IMG/VR virus record: IMGVR_UViG_3300010357_000155 | Origin: an uncultured virus (IMG/VR IMGVR_UViG_3300010357_000155) | Lineage: Duplodnaviria; Heunggongvirae; Uroviricota; Caudoviricetes | Strand: one strand, 5' to 3' | Length of the DNA stretch: 20,000 bases | Shown here: piece after piece, positions 9,039 through 17,080 of the stretch | Layout: each line of letters opens with the position of its first letter | Position numbering within the stretch: position 1 is the first letter of the stretch | The notes under the pieces: model-generated | What the model was told of the DNA's origin: nothing | What the model saw: only the letters and a program-made list of their open reading frames with translations | Database searches by the model: none | Made by a program: the position numbers and the translations under genes

Positions 9039-9105
9039 GTGATCTTCTCCTCAGTGATGACAAACTATTGTGCAATAATTATTAAAATATTAAATAAAAA
9101 TAACG

Positions 9106-9130
9106 CACACCTACAAGCTATGTAGGTGTG
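9106..9130 (-). terminator. Intrinsic terminator hairpin
   Basis: 10-bp stem CACACCTACA/TGTAGGTGTG, followed on the minus strand by CGTTATTTTTATTT. Confidence 0.75.
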
Positions 9131-9135
9131 TTATC

Positions 9136-9157
9136 CAGATACTATATATGCGACTAA
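9136..9157 (-). promoter_or_regulatory. Candidate early/virion-RNAP promoter TTAGTCGCATATATAGTATCTG
   Basis: 15 nt identical to the intergenic site 10692-10706; fits TYARTNNCATATWTARTAYYTG. Confidence 0.55.
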
Positions 9158-9168
9158 TTTATAACCCA

Positions 9169-10668
9169 TTACGATGCTTTACTTAGTTGTTTATAGATCA
9201 TAAAACCAGTAGCCAAAACACCGGCTGTGGCTGCAACAGTTTTGATTGTCTCAATAAAAGACTCATGTTCATATCTAGCGTCATCATGACGATACTTACG
9301 TTCTTCGAAATAATGACGCATACCATAACCATTTGTTTCATATTCAGTTTTTTCTTTAAGGCCTCTGCTTTCTAATTCACGTTTCAAACTAAGCAGACTT
9401 GCCTCTTGCCGTTGACCTTCTTGCTTAAGTCTAGCAATTTCAATTTCACGAACGTGACCTTCACTTTCATACCGGACACGGTCTTCTTCATTTTTACGTC
9501 TAGCTTCTTCTGCTAAACGTTTACTTTCAAGAATACTGTTATTTAATTCAAGTTCCCTGTGACGTAAACCAGCTTCTTTGTCACGAAGTTGTTGGTTATA
9601 TAGTTCAGATTTATCAGCGCCTTGTTTTGCTTCTTCCATAGTTTTATAAATAAAATCAAGTTTATCAATCTCATCTAAAGGTATAGGTGCATCAGGTTGT
9701 GTACCCGCAACACTATCATAATAACCTGTGTAAAGACCATCAGGTTGATGAAGACTAGCTTCCATAGAGAGTCTAGGAATTTTAGTAACTTCACTATGAA
9801 TATTATAATAACGATCACCGAGTCTATTTTCTCGGTCAATTAAATAAATGTACTTGGTTCCTTGCAGTACAACATCCTTTAAAATTTTAGAATCAATATT
9901 ACGTGTAATAGCAGGATTATTCTTATATTGAAATACAGATTCACGACTCAATACAAGATCATATTCATTAATATAAAGATCTTGGAATTGTTGTGAACTA
10001 TGAGTTCTATTCTTATGATTAAATGCATCTTGATGAATAATACTAAAAGTTGTAACTTTAATAGAGTTTGCTTTAAACTCATTATCCATATAGCTTAACT
10101 GTTGCCAGCTTTCATTTGCAAACTGTATAACTTTTAAGAAGTTAGTAAGTTTAATATTGGTGTTGCTAAGACCTTGGTTATTCTGAAGAATAAAATCTAG
10201 ATAGTTTTTATCTATACCTGTAACAGAGGTAACATTCGACGGTGTAGGTAAACGATACACTGTCATAATAACAATATTTCCACGATACATGTCTTTTAAA
10301 GTTTTGGATTCAAGACGTGGAAGAACACTAGGGAAATTAAGATGGTCATAACAAACAATATCAAAATCTGTAAAATTGAATAGATATTGAGTAGGAACAA
10401 TTGAGATATCACCAGAAGTAACATCTATCTTTTTTTGTTCTTTTATAAACTGATTAAGTTTTTTATTAGATGCATTAGCATCGTATGTTTCGATATTGTT
10501 GCAAACATCACCACCGTGTATCATTTTTATATCAGTCGTGGGTTTAAATTCCATTTCAGATATAAGTGGAAAAAAATCCTTATATCCAACCCCTTGGAAT
10601 ACACGACCGTTGTCTGTCATAAAACATGAACTGACAAGACATTTTGTATTGACATACTCTAGGTTCAC
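9169..10668 (-). CDS. phiKZ gp122-position protein: globular N-part, charged coiled coil, C-terminal hydrophobic helix
   Basis: 499 aa; GTG start with GGGAG SD; E/R/K-rich region over roughly the last 130 aa; terminal TVAATAGVLATGFMIY followed by KQLSK; between the capsid and gp123-like genes. Confidence 0.7.
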   Translation of the reverse strand: MNLEYVNTKCLVSSCFMTDNGRVFQGVGYKDFFPLISEMEFKPTTDIKMIHGGDVCNNIETYDANASNKKLNQFIKEQKKIDVTSGDISIVPTQYLFNFTDFDIVCYDHLNFPSVLPRLESKTLKDMYRGNIVIMTVYRLPTPSNVTSVTGIDKNYLDFILQNNQGLSNTNIKLTNFLKVIQFANESWQQLSYMDNEFKANSIKVTTFSIIHQDAFNHKNRTHSSQQFQDLYINEYDLVLSRESVFQYKNNPAITRNIDSKILKDVVLQGTKYIYLIDRENRLGDRYYNIHSEVTKIPRLSMEASLHQPDGLYTGYYDSVAGTQPDAPIPLDEIDKLDFIYKTMEEAKQGADKSELYNQQLRDKEAGLRHRELELNNSILESKRLAEEARRKNEEDRVRYESEGHVREIEIARLKQEGQRQEASLLSLKRELESRGLKEKTEYETNGYGMRHYFEERKYRHDDARYEHESFIETIKTVAATAGVLATGFMIYKQLSKAS

Positions 10669-10691
10669 AACATCACTCCCAGTTATTTATA

Positions 10692-10713
10692 CAGATACTA
10701 TATATGATATTAA
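10692..10713 (-). promoter_or_regulatory. Candidate early/virion-RNAP promoter TTAATATCATATATAGTATCTG
   Basis: Lies between the capsid terminator and the SD of the 499-aa gene; shared motif. Confidence 0.6.
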
Positions 10714-10738
10714 TAATACTTCCGAAGCGAAGGTAAAA

Positions 10739-10768
10739 ATACCAAGAGGACCGAAGTCCTCTTGGTAT
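10739..10768 (-). terminator. Strong terminator after the major capsid gene (cUUCGg loop)
   Basis: 13-bp perfect stem ATACCAAGAGGAC/GTCCTCTTGGTAT; loop reads TTCG on the minus strand; T run follows. Confidence 0.9.
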
Positions 10769-10782
10769 CTATATTACCCAGA

Positions 10783-12939
10783 TTACACTGAGTGCATATT
10801 GACAGAAATCTTACCAGTAACTTCCGGAAGACCAGAAACGGTCAGCATGGTCATGATCGGCAGATTAACGTTGTGCAGGAAGCGCGGAGCAACGATCAGT
10901 TCCTTAGAAACTTGACCATCACGGGAAACCGGCATAACGACGGTCAGTTCCGGCGACCAGAGCATGTTACCGAAGTTCAGCGGATTGATACCCGTGTTAC
11001 GAGCAGAATCAAACACACCAAACGACAGGAAGATCTTACCAGAGACGCGATGGTCAAGGGTAGAGACAACACGAACGTCGAAGGTTTCACCCAGTGTACG
11101 CAGATCGCCATCGGCCATCAGGTAGTTGTAAATAACCGGGTCAGTACCAACCACAACAGTCGGCTTGAAACCAGTATTGCCAGTCAGAACAGCGGCAGCA
11201 GCCTTGTATTCAGACGAACGATACATTTCGTTAGCGTAGTAACGGATCTTTTCGACCAGAGCAGCGCGAATGTCCTTGATCTTCTCGTGGGACTTCAGGC
11301 TGTCAACGGTAACCGGCAGACTGATTGATTCCTGGAAGTAGACCGGCTTGACATACAGATGACCGAAGGCATTGATTTCCGGCAGATCGCCGTTAGCATC
11401 AGCAACCGGAGAGTACGAAGCCAGAGACACTTGAGCACGCAGCAGTGAAGAAACAGCTTCGTTCGAGACACGGATACCAGTGGTGGTGATCAGGGTCTGG
11501 AGAGCGGAGTTGTCATCACCAGTAGCGTTAACAACCGGCATGATGATCGACAGCGGTGAACGGTACGGAACCGGAATCACACGGTATTCGACTTGTGAGT
11601 CGAGCAGTTGACCACGTTGACGGATGTTGCTGTTAGCACGGAAAGCCGTGATAGAGTAACCGATAACTTCAGCGGCAGAGATCTTACCAGCCAGTGTATT
11701 GAACGTTGCACCAGAAACCAGCATGTCGCCAGCATTACGCAGAGCAACCAGACCCAGCGTGCCACCAGAAACCAGGCAGTCGCCCTTGTCCAGAGAAACA
11801 TTGCCAGAGATCGACAGTTGGATACGAGCCTTGTGCGTGGTGAGTTCCGGCAGGGAAGCAGGAGCAGCACCAGTAACGTCCAGGGTCGAAGCATCCAGAA
11901 CCAGCGCATCGGAGTCCATCGCCAACAGCATACGGCGATAGTTACCTTGCGGAGCGTACGTAAACGTAGAACCCGGCTTTTCGTCAACTTGAACGCGGAT
12001 CACATCAGTGTTGGTACCATCGGTAACCTTGATGAAGACAGCTTCCAGCTTGATATAGGTATCCAGAGCATCTGAAGGACCCATGATGCCGCTGTTCAGC
12101 AGTTCATTGGTTTGCGAAATACCGATCAGATCGATCTTGGTGTCAACCTTAACAGCAGCAGTTTGCACTGTGATGCTGTTACCGATAGCAACGTTCCAAG
12201 CCGGAACATCAGCAACCGGAACGAACTTGTCGGTGTTGTCATCAGAACCACCACCATTACGGAGAACCGGAATAGCACGGGTCAGTTCGTTCTTCAGGAT
12301 TTCTGCATCGGCGTAGGCACGGATAACACTCTTACGAGCATAGTTGGCCAGGGAACCGGTAACAGAACGCTTGAAGTCATTGAAAACGTAGAACAGCTTG
12401 GCAGACAGAGTCACGCCAACTTCGTTCGGGTTAACAACGATGGTCGGGAAGAAGGTTTCGCCGAATTCATCTTGACGCGAGGCCAGCAGGTTGTAGATGA
12501 TCGAATACAATTGTGCATTGCGATTATCACGCTCGTCATAGGCTTCGGTAGCGATCTGCGGACGTTCCATGAAACCGTCAGACACACCAGCAACCATAAC
12601 GATAGCATCGTTACCCATAGACTTCAGCTTTGAGCCCAGAACTTGCTTCGGGTTGGTAGCCAGCATACCGGCGAGCGTTGCGGCTTCCAGTTGTTGACCT
12701 TCAACAGCGATGTTAAATTCTTGAGCGATCGTCTTCAACGAAGTTTCGATGTTGTTGTAGACGTTGGTCAGCATGGTTTCTGCATTGGCATCCATGCTCT
12801 CGGTAGAGATAGCATATTGACCAATCTTCTCGTCATTGAAACCACGGGAAGCGGTAATCTGACCAACCTTTTCAGTCAGGCCACCGATCGGGTCAACGAC
12901 GACTGATTTACGACCAGAAAGCAGTTTTTGAATAGACAT
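10783..12939 (-). CDS. Major capsid protein precursor, phiKZ gp120-like
   Basis: 718 aa; AGGAG SD; E-AYDER...YSIIYNLLASRQDEFGETFFPTIVV, NSNIRQRGQLLD, VVGTDP and PRFLHNVNLPI motifs typical of phiKZ-type capsid proteins; strongly biased codon usage. Confidence 0.9.
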   Translation of the reverse strand: MSIQKLLSGRKSVVVDPIGGLTEKVGQITASRGFNDEKIGQYAISTESMDANAETMLTNVYNNIETSLKTIAQEFNIAVEGQQLEAATLAGMLATNPKQVLGSKLKSMGNDAIVMVAGVSDGFMERPQIATEAYDERDNRNAQLYSIIYNLLASRQDEFGETFFPTIVVNPNEVGVTLSAKLFYVFNDFKRSVTGSLANYARKSVIRAYADAEILKNELTRAIPVLRNGGGSDDNTDKFVPVADVPAWNVAIGNSITVQTAAVKVDTKIDLIGISQTNELLNSGIMGPSDALDTYIKLEAVFIKVTDGTNTDVIRVQVDEKPGSTFTYAPQGNYRRMLLAMDSDALVLDASTLDVTGAAPASLPELTTHKARIQLSISGNVSLDKGDCLVSGGTLGLVALRNAGDMLVSGATFNTLAGKISAAEVIGYSITAFRANSNIRQRGQLLDSQVEYRVIPVPYRSPLSIIMPVVNATGDDNSALQTLITTTGIRVSNEAVSSLLRAQVSLASYSPVADANGDLPEINAFGHLYVKPVYFQESISLPVTVDSLKSHEKIKDIRAALVEKIRYYANEMYRSSEYKAAAAVLTGNTGFKPTVVVGTDPVIYNYLMADGDLRTLGETFDVRVVSTLDHRVSGKIFLSFGVFDSARNTGINPLNFGNMLWSPELTVVMPVSRDGQVSKELIVAPRFLHNVNLPIMTMLTVSGLPEVTGKISVNMHSV

Positions 12940-12982
12940 GTTTACTCCTGTTTACAAAAAGGGAAAGTTGATAAAACCTGTT

Positions 12983-13516
12983 TCAATTGAAACGAGACTT
13001 GATGAGATTAAAGTACGTATCATTCAGCTTAAGGCTGATATAGGTCTTGAACAGATAACTGTTCAAGTTAAACTTATACTGGTAGCAGAGACAATCTAGA
13101 ATAAACTTCAGGAAGTTATCCTTAGACTCTGTTACAAATGTTAGAAATCCTTCTTCGGCAACAATCAGAAGAGTGCTATCTGGAAGGACAACAATTTCAT
13201 AGTATTTTTTATCAGAGTAAATCTCAGGTGCAACAGCGCAACAGAAATTAGCTTTGAAACTATCTTTTACATACTGACGTTCTTGTGTACTCAGTAAAAT
13301 AATTGAATCGTAATAGTCATCTGACAACGATGAAAAATACATTAACTTATTGAGTTCACGATTCATGTTAACGATAGATGCTCTTGTCAACAATGAAATA
13401 TTCGGAAAATCTTTGTAGGGGATCTTAGAGACATCTTCATTGTTAAACGAAGCGTCTTGTAAACTTTCATAATTGTTTCGGTCTACAAAAACCAAAGACG
13501 TAAATTTTTTTTCCAT
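12983..13516 (-). CDS. Hypothetical protein upstream of the capsid gene (phiKZ gp119 position; possible virion protein)
   Basis: 177 aa, AGGAG SD; function suggested by synteny only. Confidence 0.65.
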   Translation of the reverse strand: MEKKFTSLVFVDRNNYESLQDASFNNEDVSKIPYKDFPNISLLTRASIVNMNRELNKLMYFSSLSDDYYDSIILLSTQERQYVKDSFKANFCCAVAPEIYSDKKYYEIVVLPDSTLLIVAEEGFLTFVTESKDNFLKFILDCLCYQYKFNLNSYLFKTYISLKLNDTYFNLIKSRFN

Positions 13517-13534
13517 AGTTTAATCTCCTATAGC

Positions 13535-13918
13535 TCAAAGAATATCAAACCCAATACCTAGTAATCTAAGTTGATCACGAACAGCATTGTATTGAGCAGA
13601 AGAAATGTTGTTTAAACGTATGGTATAGTTAAGACCATTTGACTCTTCGACACTTGACTGAATGATCCAAGCATCAGCAATAACAACATCTTTATCGTTA
13701 TGCTTAAATAAGTAGTAGGTGTAGTCTACGTGATTAGGATTAGAACCAGGAGGAAGATAAGGATAAATTTGTTTCTGCAACAGTTCGATATTAGAAAACT
13801 TTAACGCAATGTTGTAATCTAAAATTGAAACAAGTTTAGCGTTTTGATAAACAGTTCCAAGAACTGAGTTTGGGTAAAGAGAAAAATTAAAATGTTTATT
13901 TAAGTTTAACGTAGGCAT
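13535..13918 (-). CDS. Conserved small jumbo-phage protein (127 aa)
   Basis: Start reassigned to ATG 13918 (CAGGA SD). FSLYPNSVLG...YQNAK...ILDY...IYPYLPPG...YTY...AWI...SVE resembles a family I recall near the capsid gene of phiKZ-like phages. Confidence 0.65.
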   Translation of the reverse strand: MPTLNLNKHFNFSLYPNSVLGTVYQNAKLVSILDYNIALKFSNIELLQKQIYPYLPPGSNPNHVDYTYYLFKHNDKDVVIADAWIIQSSVEESNGLNYTIRLNNISSAQYNAVRDQLRLLGIGFDIL

Positions 13919-13941
13919 TTGTTTGTCCTGTTTGTAATTAA

Positions 13942-13952
13942 TCAAAAAATTC
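13942..13952 (-). promoter_or_regulatory. Candidate late promoter GAATTTTTTGA heading the capsid operon
   Basis: RAATTYTNTGA motif between a terminator and the SD of the first gene of the 13918-10783 run. Confidence 0.45.
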
Positions 13953-13969
13953 ACTAGAAACAAAAAAAA

Positions 13970-13998
13970 AAAGAACAGAGAATTTAACTCTGTTCTTT
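13970..13998 (-). terminator. Intrinsic terminator
   Basis: Stem AAAGAACAGAG/CTCTGTTCTTT with an A11 run (U tract on the minus strand). Confidence 0.85.
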
Positions 13999-14003
13999 AT
14001 TGC

Positions 14004-14279
14004 TTACTTCTTTTTGTTATGTTCCAACATACATTCAGAGGTAACGACCTTTAAACTACCTTCTTCACAAATGTCAATATACCAAACAGCTTTGCTAAAT
14101 TCAACAAACTCAGCAATAAAGGTATGAACATGTTCTTTTGCTTCAGACATTAGATAACCAATTTGATCATCAACATCTTCGCTCGAAGACTCATTAATTA
14201 TAGCGGATACAACAGGACGATTATCCTGCAAGTGGCGAATAACAACAGCAATCAATTTACCGTAATTTTTAATACCCAT
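14004..14279 (-). CDS. Hypothetical protein (91 aa), stand-alone unit
   Basis: Start reassigned to ATG 14279 (GGGAG SD); has its own promoter motif and terminator. Confidence 0.7.
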   Translation of the reverse strand: MGIKNYGKLIAVVIRHLQDNRPVVSAIINESSSEDVDDQIGYLMSEAKEHVHTFIAEFVEFSKAVWYIDICEEGSLKVVTSECMLEHNKKK

Positions 14280-14300
14280 GACTTTCTCCCTAGTTAATAT

Positions 14301-14322
14301 CAAGTATTAAATATGTAATTGA
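14301..14322 (-). promoter_or_regulatory. Candidate early promoter TCAATTACATATTTAATACTTG
   Basis: Fits TYARTNNCATATWTARTAYYTG; immediately after a terminator and before an SD. Confidence 0.55.
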
Positions 14323-14328
14323 AAAAGA

Positions 14329-14356
14329 AACAGAGACCGGAAACCCAGTCTCTGTT
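14329..14356 (-). terminator. Intrinsic terminator
   Basis: Stem AACAGAGAC/GTCTCTGTT, extendable with a G-U pair on the minus-strand RNA, followed by TCTTTTT. Confidence 0.8.
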
Positions 14357-14359
14357 ATT

Positions 14360-14641
14360 TTAGTCAAGTTTCAAATCACCAGAAACAATCTTACCACCCT
14401 TTCGTTTTAATTTGGCTTCTGTATCTAATGGAATAGCACCATATCGAAACACATAAGCTTTATGAATACGATTGAGTTTATCAATGTCGTTTTCGCTATA
14501 AACAAGTACATTTAGTCTTCTAGCTGAACGAGAAATAGTAGTAAGTTCGTGGTCTGTTCCTAAAGATCGAAACAATGAATTTTCAATAAAGACAATCGGT
14601 TTAAAACCCTGAGCTTGAACTTCTTGAATTTGTTCTAACAT
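14360..14641 (-). CDS. Hypothetical protein (93 aa)
   Basis: ATG with AGGTG SD, in operon, ends at a terminator. Confidence 0.7.
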   Translation of the reverse strand: MLEQIQEVQAQGFKPIVFIENSLFRSLGTDHELTTISRSARRLNVLVYSENDIDKLNRIHKAYVFRYGAIPLDTEAKLKRKGGKIVSGDLKLD

Positions 14642-14662
14642 TGCAACACCTATAAGGGTTGG

Positions 14663-15106
14663 TTATTTTTGTCCAATCAGACGAATTTCAAAGATCTTCA
14701 AAGGAAGAACCGAGTCTCCATCTGACAGATAGTTGATAAGCAACAGAATGTTTTTGTTTTCACGACCAAACATATTGAAGTAAATAGCATCTTCTTCACT
14801 ATGTTCATCAAAAACAGCAATGAAGTTTGATAAGTTGACAGCAGTCGGATGAATGCGATCACCAGACATCTTATCACTGTAATAGAAATAATCGGACGAT
14901 AAAGAGTTAGCGTCCAATTTAGCAATAAGATCATCAAGACTTGTTACAAAGGTATTAGTGATTTTATCTTTAATGCGGTACTGAAGAATGCCATCACCAT
15001 ACTTTTTACGTTCAATCAAACGACTCAGAAAAGATTGAATAGAATAAATACGTGGATCGGTCAAGTTCTGTGCTATGATGTCTTTGAGATCAGCGCTGGT
15101 CAACAT
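14663..15106 (-). CDS. Hypothetical protein (147 aa)
   Basis: AAGGAG SD, in operon. Confidence 0.75.
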   Translation of the reverse strand: MLTSADLKDIIAQNLTDPRIYSIQSFLSRLIERKKYGDGILQYRIKDKITNTFVTSLDDLIAKLDANSLSSDYFYYSDKMSGDRIHPTAVNLSNFIAVFDEHSEEDAIYFNMFGRENKNILLLINYLSDGDSVLPLKIFEIRLIGQK

Positions 15107-15120
15107 TTAAAACTCCTTAC

Positions 15121-15537
15121 TTAGGTTTCTTGGGAAATTGGCGATAAGAACTCGTGGAAGTCTTTCACAGAGATTCTCATTGTAATATCTACATTGTAAA
15201 CAATTTCTTTCATAGAAAGATGTATGCTAACAATGTCATTCACTTCATTAATAGATGTATCAACACCTTCAATTTCAAATGTCATACCTTCTTGAAAACT
15301 AGGGTTGAATTTATAATAAGAATTAGGTATGGCACCAACACCAAAATAGAACTGGGCTAATTGATTTAGTTGAACATTATTAATTTGTTCACCTTTTTTT
15401 AATAAATCAATAAGACTACCTATACTTGGATCAAGATCTCGTTTAGCATCACTGCCTTCAGTGGCAGGTGTCGTCGTACTACTAAACTGTTTAATTGGTT
15501 TTTCTTTACTAAAAAACCTTTTAATAAAATTTATCAT
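15121..15537 (-). CDS. Hypothetical protein (138 aa)
   Basis: AGGAG SD overlapping the upstream stop; N-terminal MINFIKRFFSK amphipathic segment. Confidence 0.75.
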   Translation of the reverse strand: MINFIKRFFSKEKPIKQFSSTTTPATEGSDAKRDLDPSIGSLIDLLKKGEQINNVQLNQLAQFYFGVGAIPNSYYKFNPSFQEGMTFEIEGVDTSINEVNDIVSIHLSMKEIVYNVDITMRISVKDFHEFLSPISQET

Positions 15538-15545
15538 GTTAACTC

Positions 15546-16958
15546 CTATTTGCTATTTACAAAGATTTGTAAAGAAGCGTGAGCTGTTAAGCTAATTGTT
15601 TTACTACGTTGGTTCATGACCGGATTAGAATTTGAGTTAGAATAAGTTATTACCGCTAAATGAACAACACCAAAAACTTCGGTAATTGTTTTCTCTTTAT
15701 TCTCGTAAAGAATTTTACATTTAGCAGCTGGGTAAATAAAGTCATGATCCATATTGCTAATTTCAACAGTAACATAGTTACCATTCTTTTTTAGCAGTTC
15801 AGCAGTTAGTTTAAACTGATTACCGGAAATGTTTCTATTCGGAGCAAAGTTTAAACCATCAGCTCTATCTTTAAATATAACTTCAGAACTAAGTTCATTA
15901 CGTTTAAACTTAGGACCATCAGCAGTCATCTCAACAGGTTTCTTCATAAAGCTATTCGCGTTAGAAGTTCTAAAACCACCACCTGACGACATTACTGAAG
16001 TTTCTTTATTGTCATTGATCTTAGTGATACCGTGAGGTAAAACTTTTAAAATCTTATCTTTATATTTATAAGTGTTTTCACTACTCGAATGACTAGAAGA
16101 CATAGGAGAGAAAATCATTAATTTGTATTCAGCTTTCTGATATTTGTCTCCGTTATACAGAGAATAGATAAACATGTTCTTTTTATAAGTGAAAGGATCT
16201 GTTCCAAATTTCTGAACATAACACCCTATACCACCATTATAAACACCAATATTCTTTTCCTGAATAAGTTCAGGTAGTTCTATAATTCTTGTAAACGAAG
16301 GAATTGTAACAGCCTTTAGTTTGTCTTGGTTGTCAGGTTCTTCAATATCAAATCCATCAAGTACAGGTTTATTCTCAATCAGAATTTTATTACATTGTTC
16401 AGAGATAAGACTCTTAAAAAATGTAGCAATACTCATATCCTTATTCTTATTGATTCCCATATCAAAATTACCTTGGGTAGTCTTGATACGAATTGTCTCA
16501 ACAGAACGATCTAAAAGTTGTAACGTTACAATTAAAGGCATCTGATTATTCAGATCTTCTTTAGATTGACTAATTGTATTTGGTGCTGACATGTTCTTTT
16601 CTAATAGATAAACTGCTTTATATCTTTCTACAACTGTTAAAGGTTCATCGTTTTGATGCATCTGTTTAGTTGTGATAACAGTAAATTCAATATTATCTAA
16701 CTCATCATAAACATCATAAAGAAAAGTTCCAACAGGAATACTAACCTTTACTTCGATGTAATCAGAGATATTTTCAATATAGTTTCTTAGAATATAAATA
16801 TCAACCAAAACTACACCATCTGTATAGTCAAGATCTTTTTCTACAGTGTGTAATTTAGATTCAAAACTAAACACTGGATTATAATTTTCGTCTGGATTCT
16901 TTAGTATATCCTGGATATCAGGATACAGCAATGAATTTTCCATTGACATTGAGGTCAT
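15546..16958 (-). CDS. Virion structural protein, probably phiKZ gp101-like baseplate hub
   Basis: ~470 aa, beta-rich; R.Y..NISDYIEV, YKAV, LQLLD, IP..TRIIELPE.IQ...GVY.GGIG.Y.Q resemble the gp101 family from memory. Start set at ATG 16958 (GGGA SD) rather than TTG 16970. Confidence 0.55.
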   Translation of the reverse strand: MTSMSMENSLLYPDIQDILKNPDENYNPVFSFESKLHTVEKDLDYTDGVVLVDIYILRNYIENISDYIEVKVSIPVGTFLYDVYDELDNIEFTVITTKQMHQNDEPLTVVERYKAVYLLEKNMSAPNTISQSKEDLNNQMPLIVTLQLLDRSVETIRIKTTQGNFDMGINKNKDMSIATFFKSLISEQCNKILIENKPVLDGFDIEEPDNQDKLKAVTIPSFTRIIELPELIQEKNIGVYNGGIGCYVQKFGTDPFTYKKNMFIYSLYNGDKYQKAEYKLMIFSPMSSSHSSSENTYKYKDKILKVLPHGITKINDNKETSVMSSGGGFRTSNANSFMKKPVEMTADGPKFKRNELSSEVIFKDRADGLNFAPNRNISGNQFKLTAELLKKNGNYVTVEISNMDHDFIYPAAKCKILYENKEKTITEVFGVVHLAVITYSNSNSNPVMNQRSKTISLTAHASLQIFVNSK

Positions 16959-17017
16959 AACTAATCCCAAAAATATAGGTCAAATCATGACCTTATAAAT
17001 AAATAAAAAAAAAAAAT

Positions 17018-17041
17018 ACCAGAGAGTGTTACCTCTCTGGT
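17018..17041 (-). terminator. Intrinsic terminator
   Basis: Stem ACCAGAGAG/CTCTCTGGT adjacent to an A12 run. Confidence 0.85.
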
Positions 17042-17080
17042 TGTTGTTATGAAATATTCTTTTTATAAAGATCGTCACTT

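Noticed and set aside
10496..10915. 139-aa + strand ORF spanning the capsid terminator
   Set aside because: Overlaps two real genes and a terminator in antisense; TTG start without SD.
10792..12906. Many long overlapping ORFs (77-178 aa) on both strands within the capsid gene
   Set aside because: Shadow ORFs caused by GC-rich biased codon usage; no SD, non-protein-like composition.
13919..13963. ORF-track N-terminal extensions (starts at 13963, 14303, 16970)
   Set aside because: TTG starts that lack an SD or overlap promoter/terminator elements; downstream ATGs have proper SDs.
16976..16992. Small inverted repeat AGGTCA-N5-TGACCT upstream of the hub-like gene
   Set aside because: Only 6 bp and single-copy; cannot be distinguished from chance.
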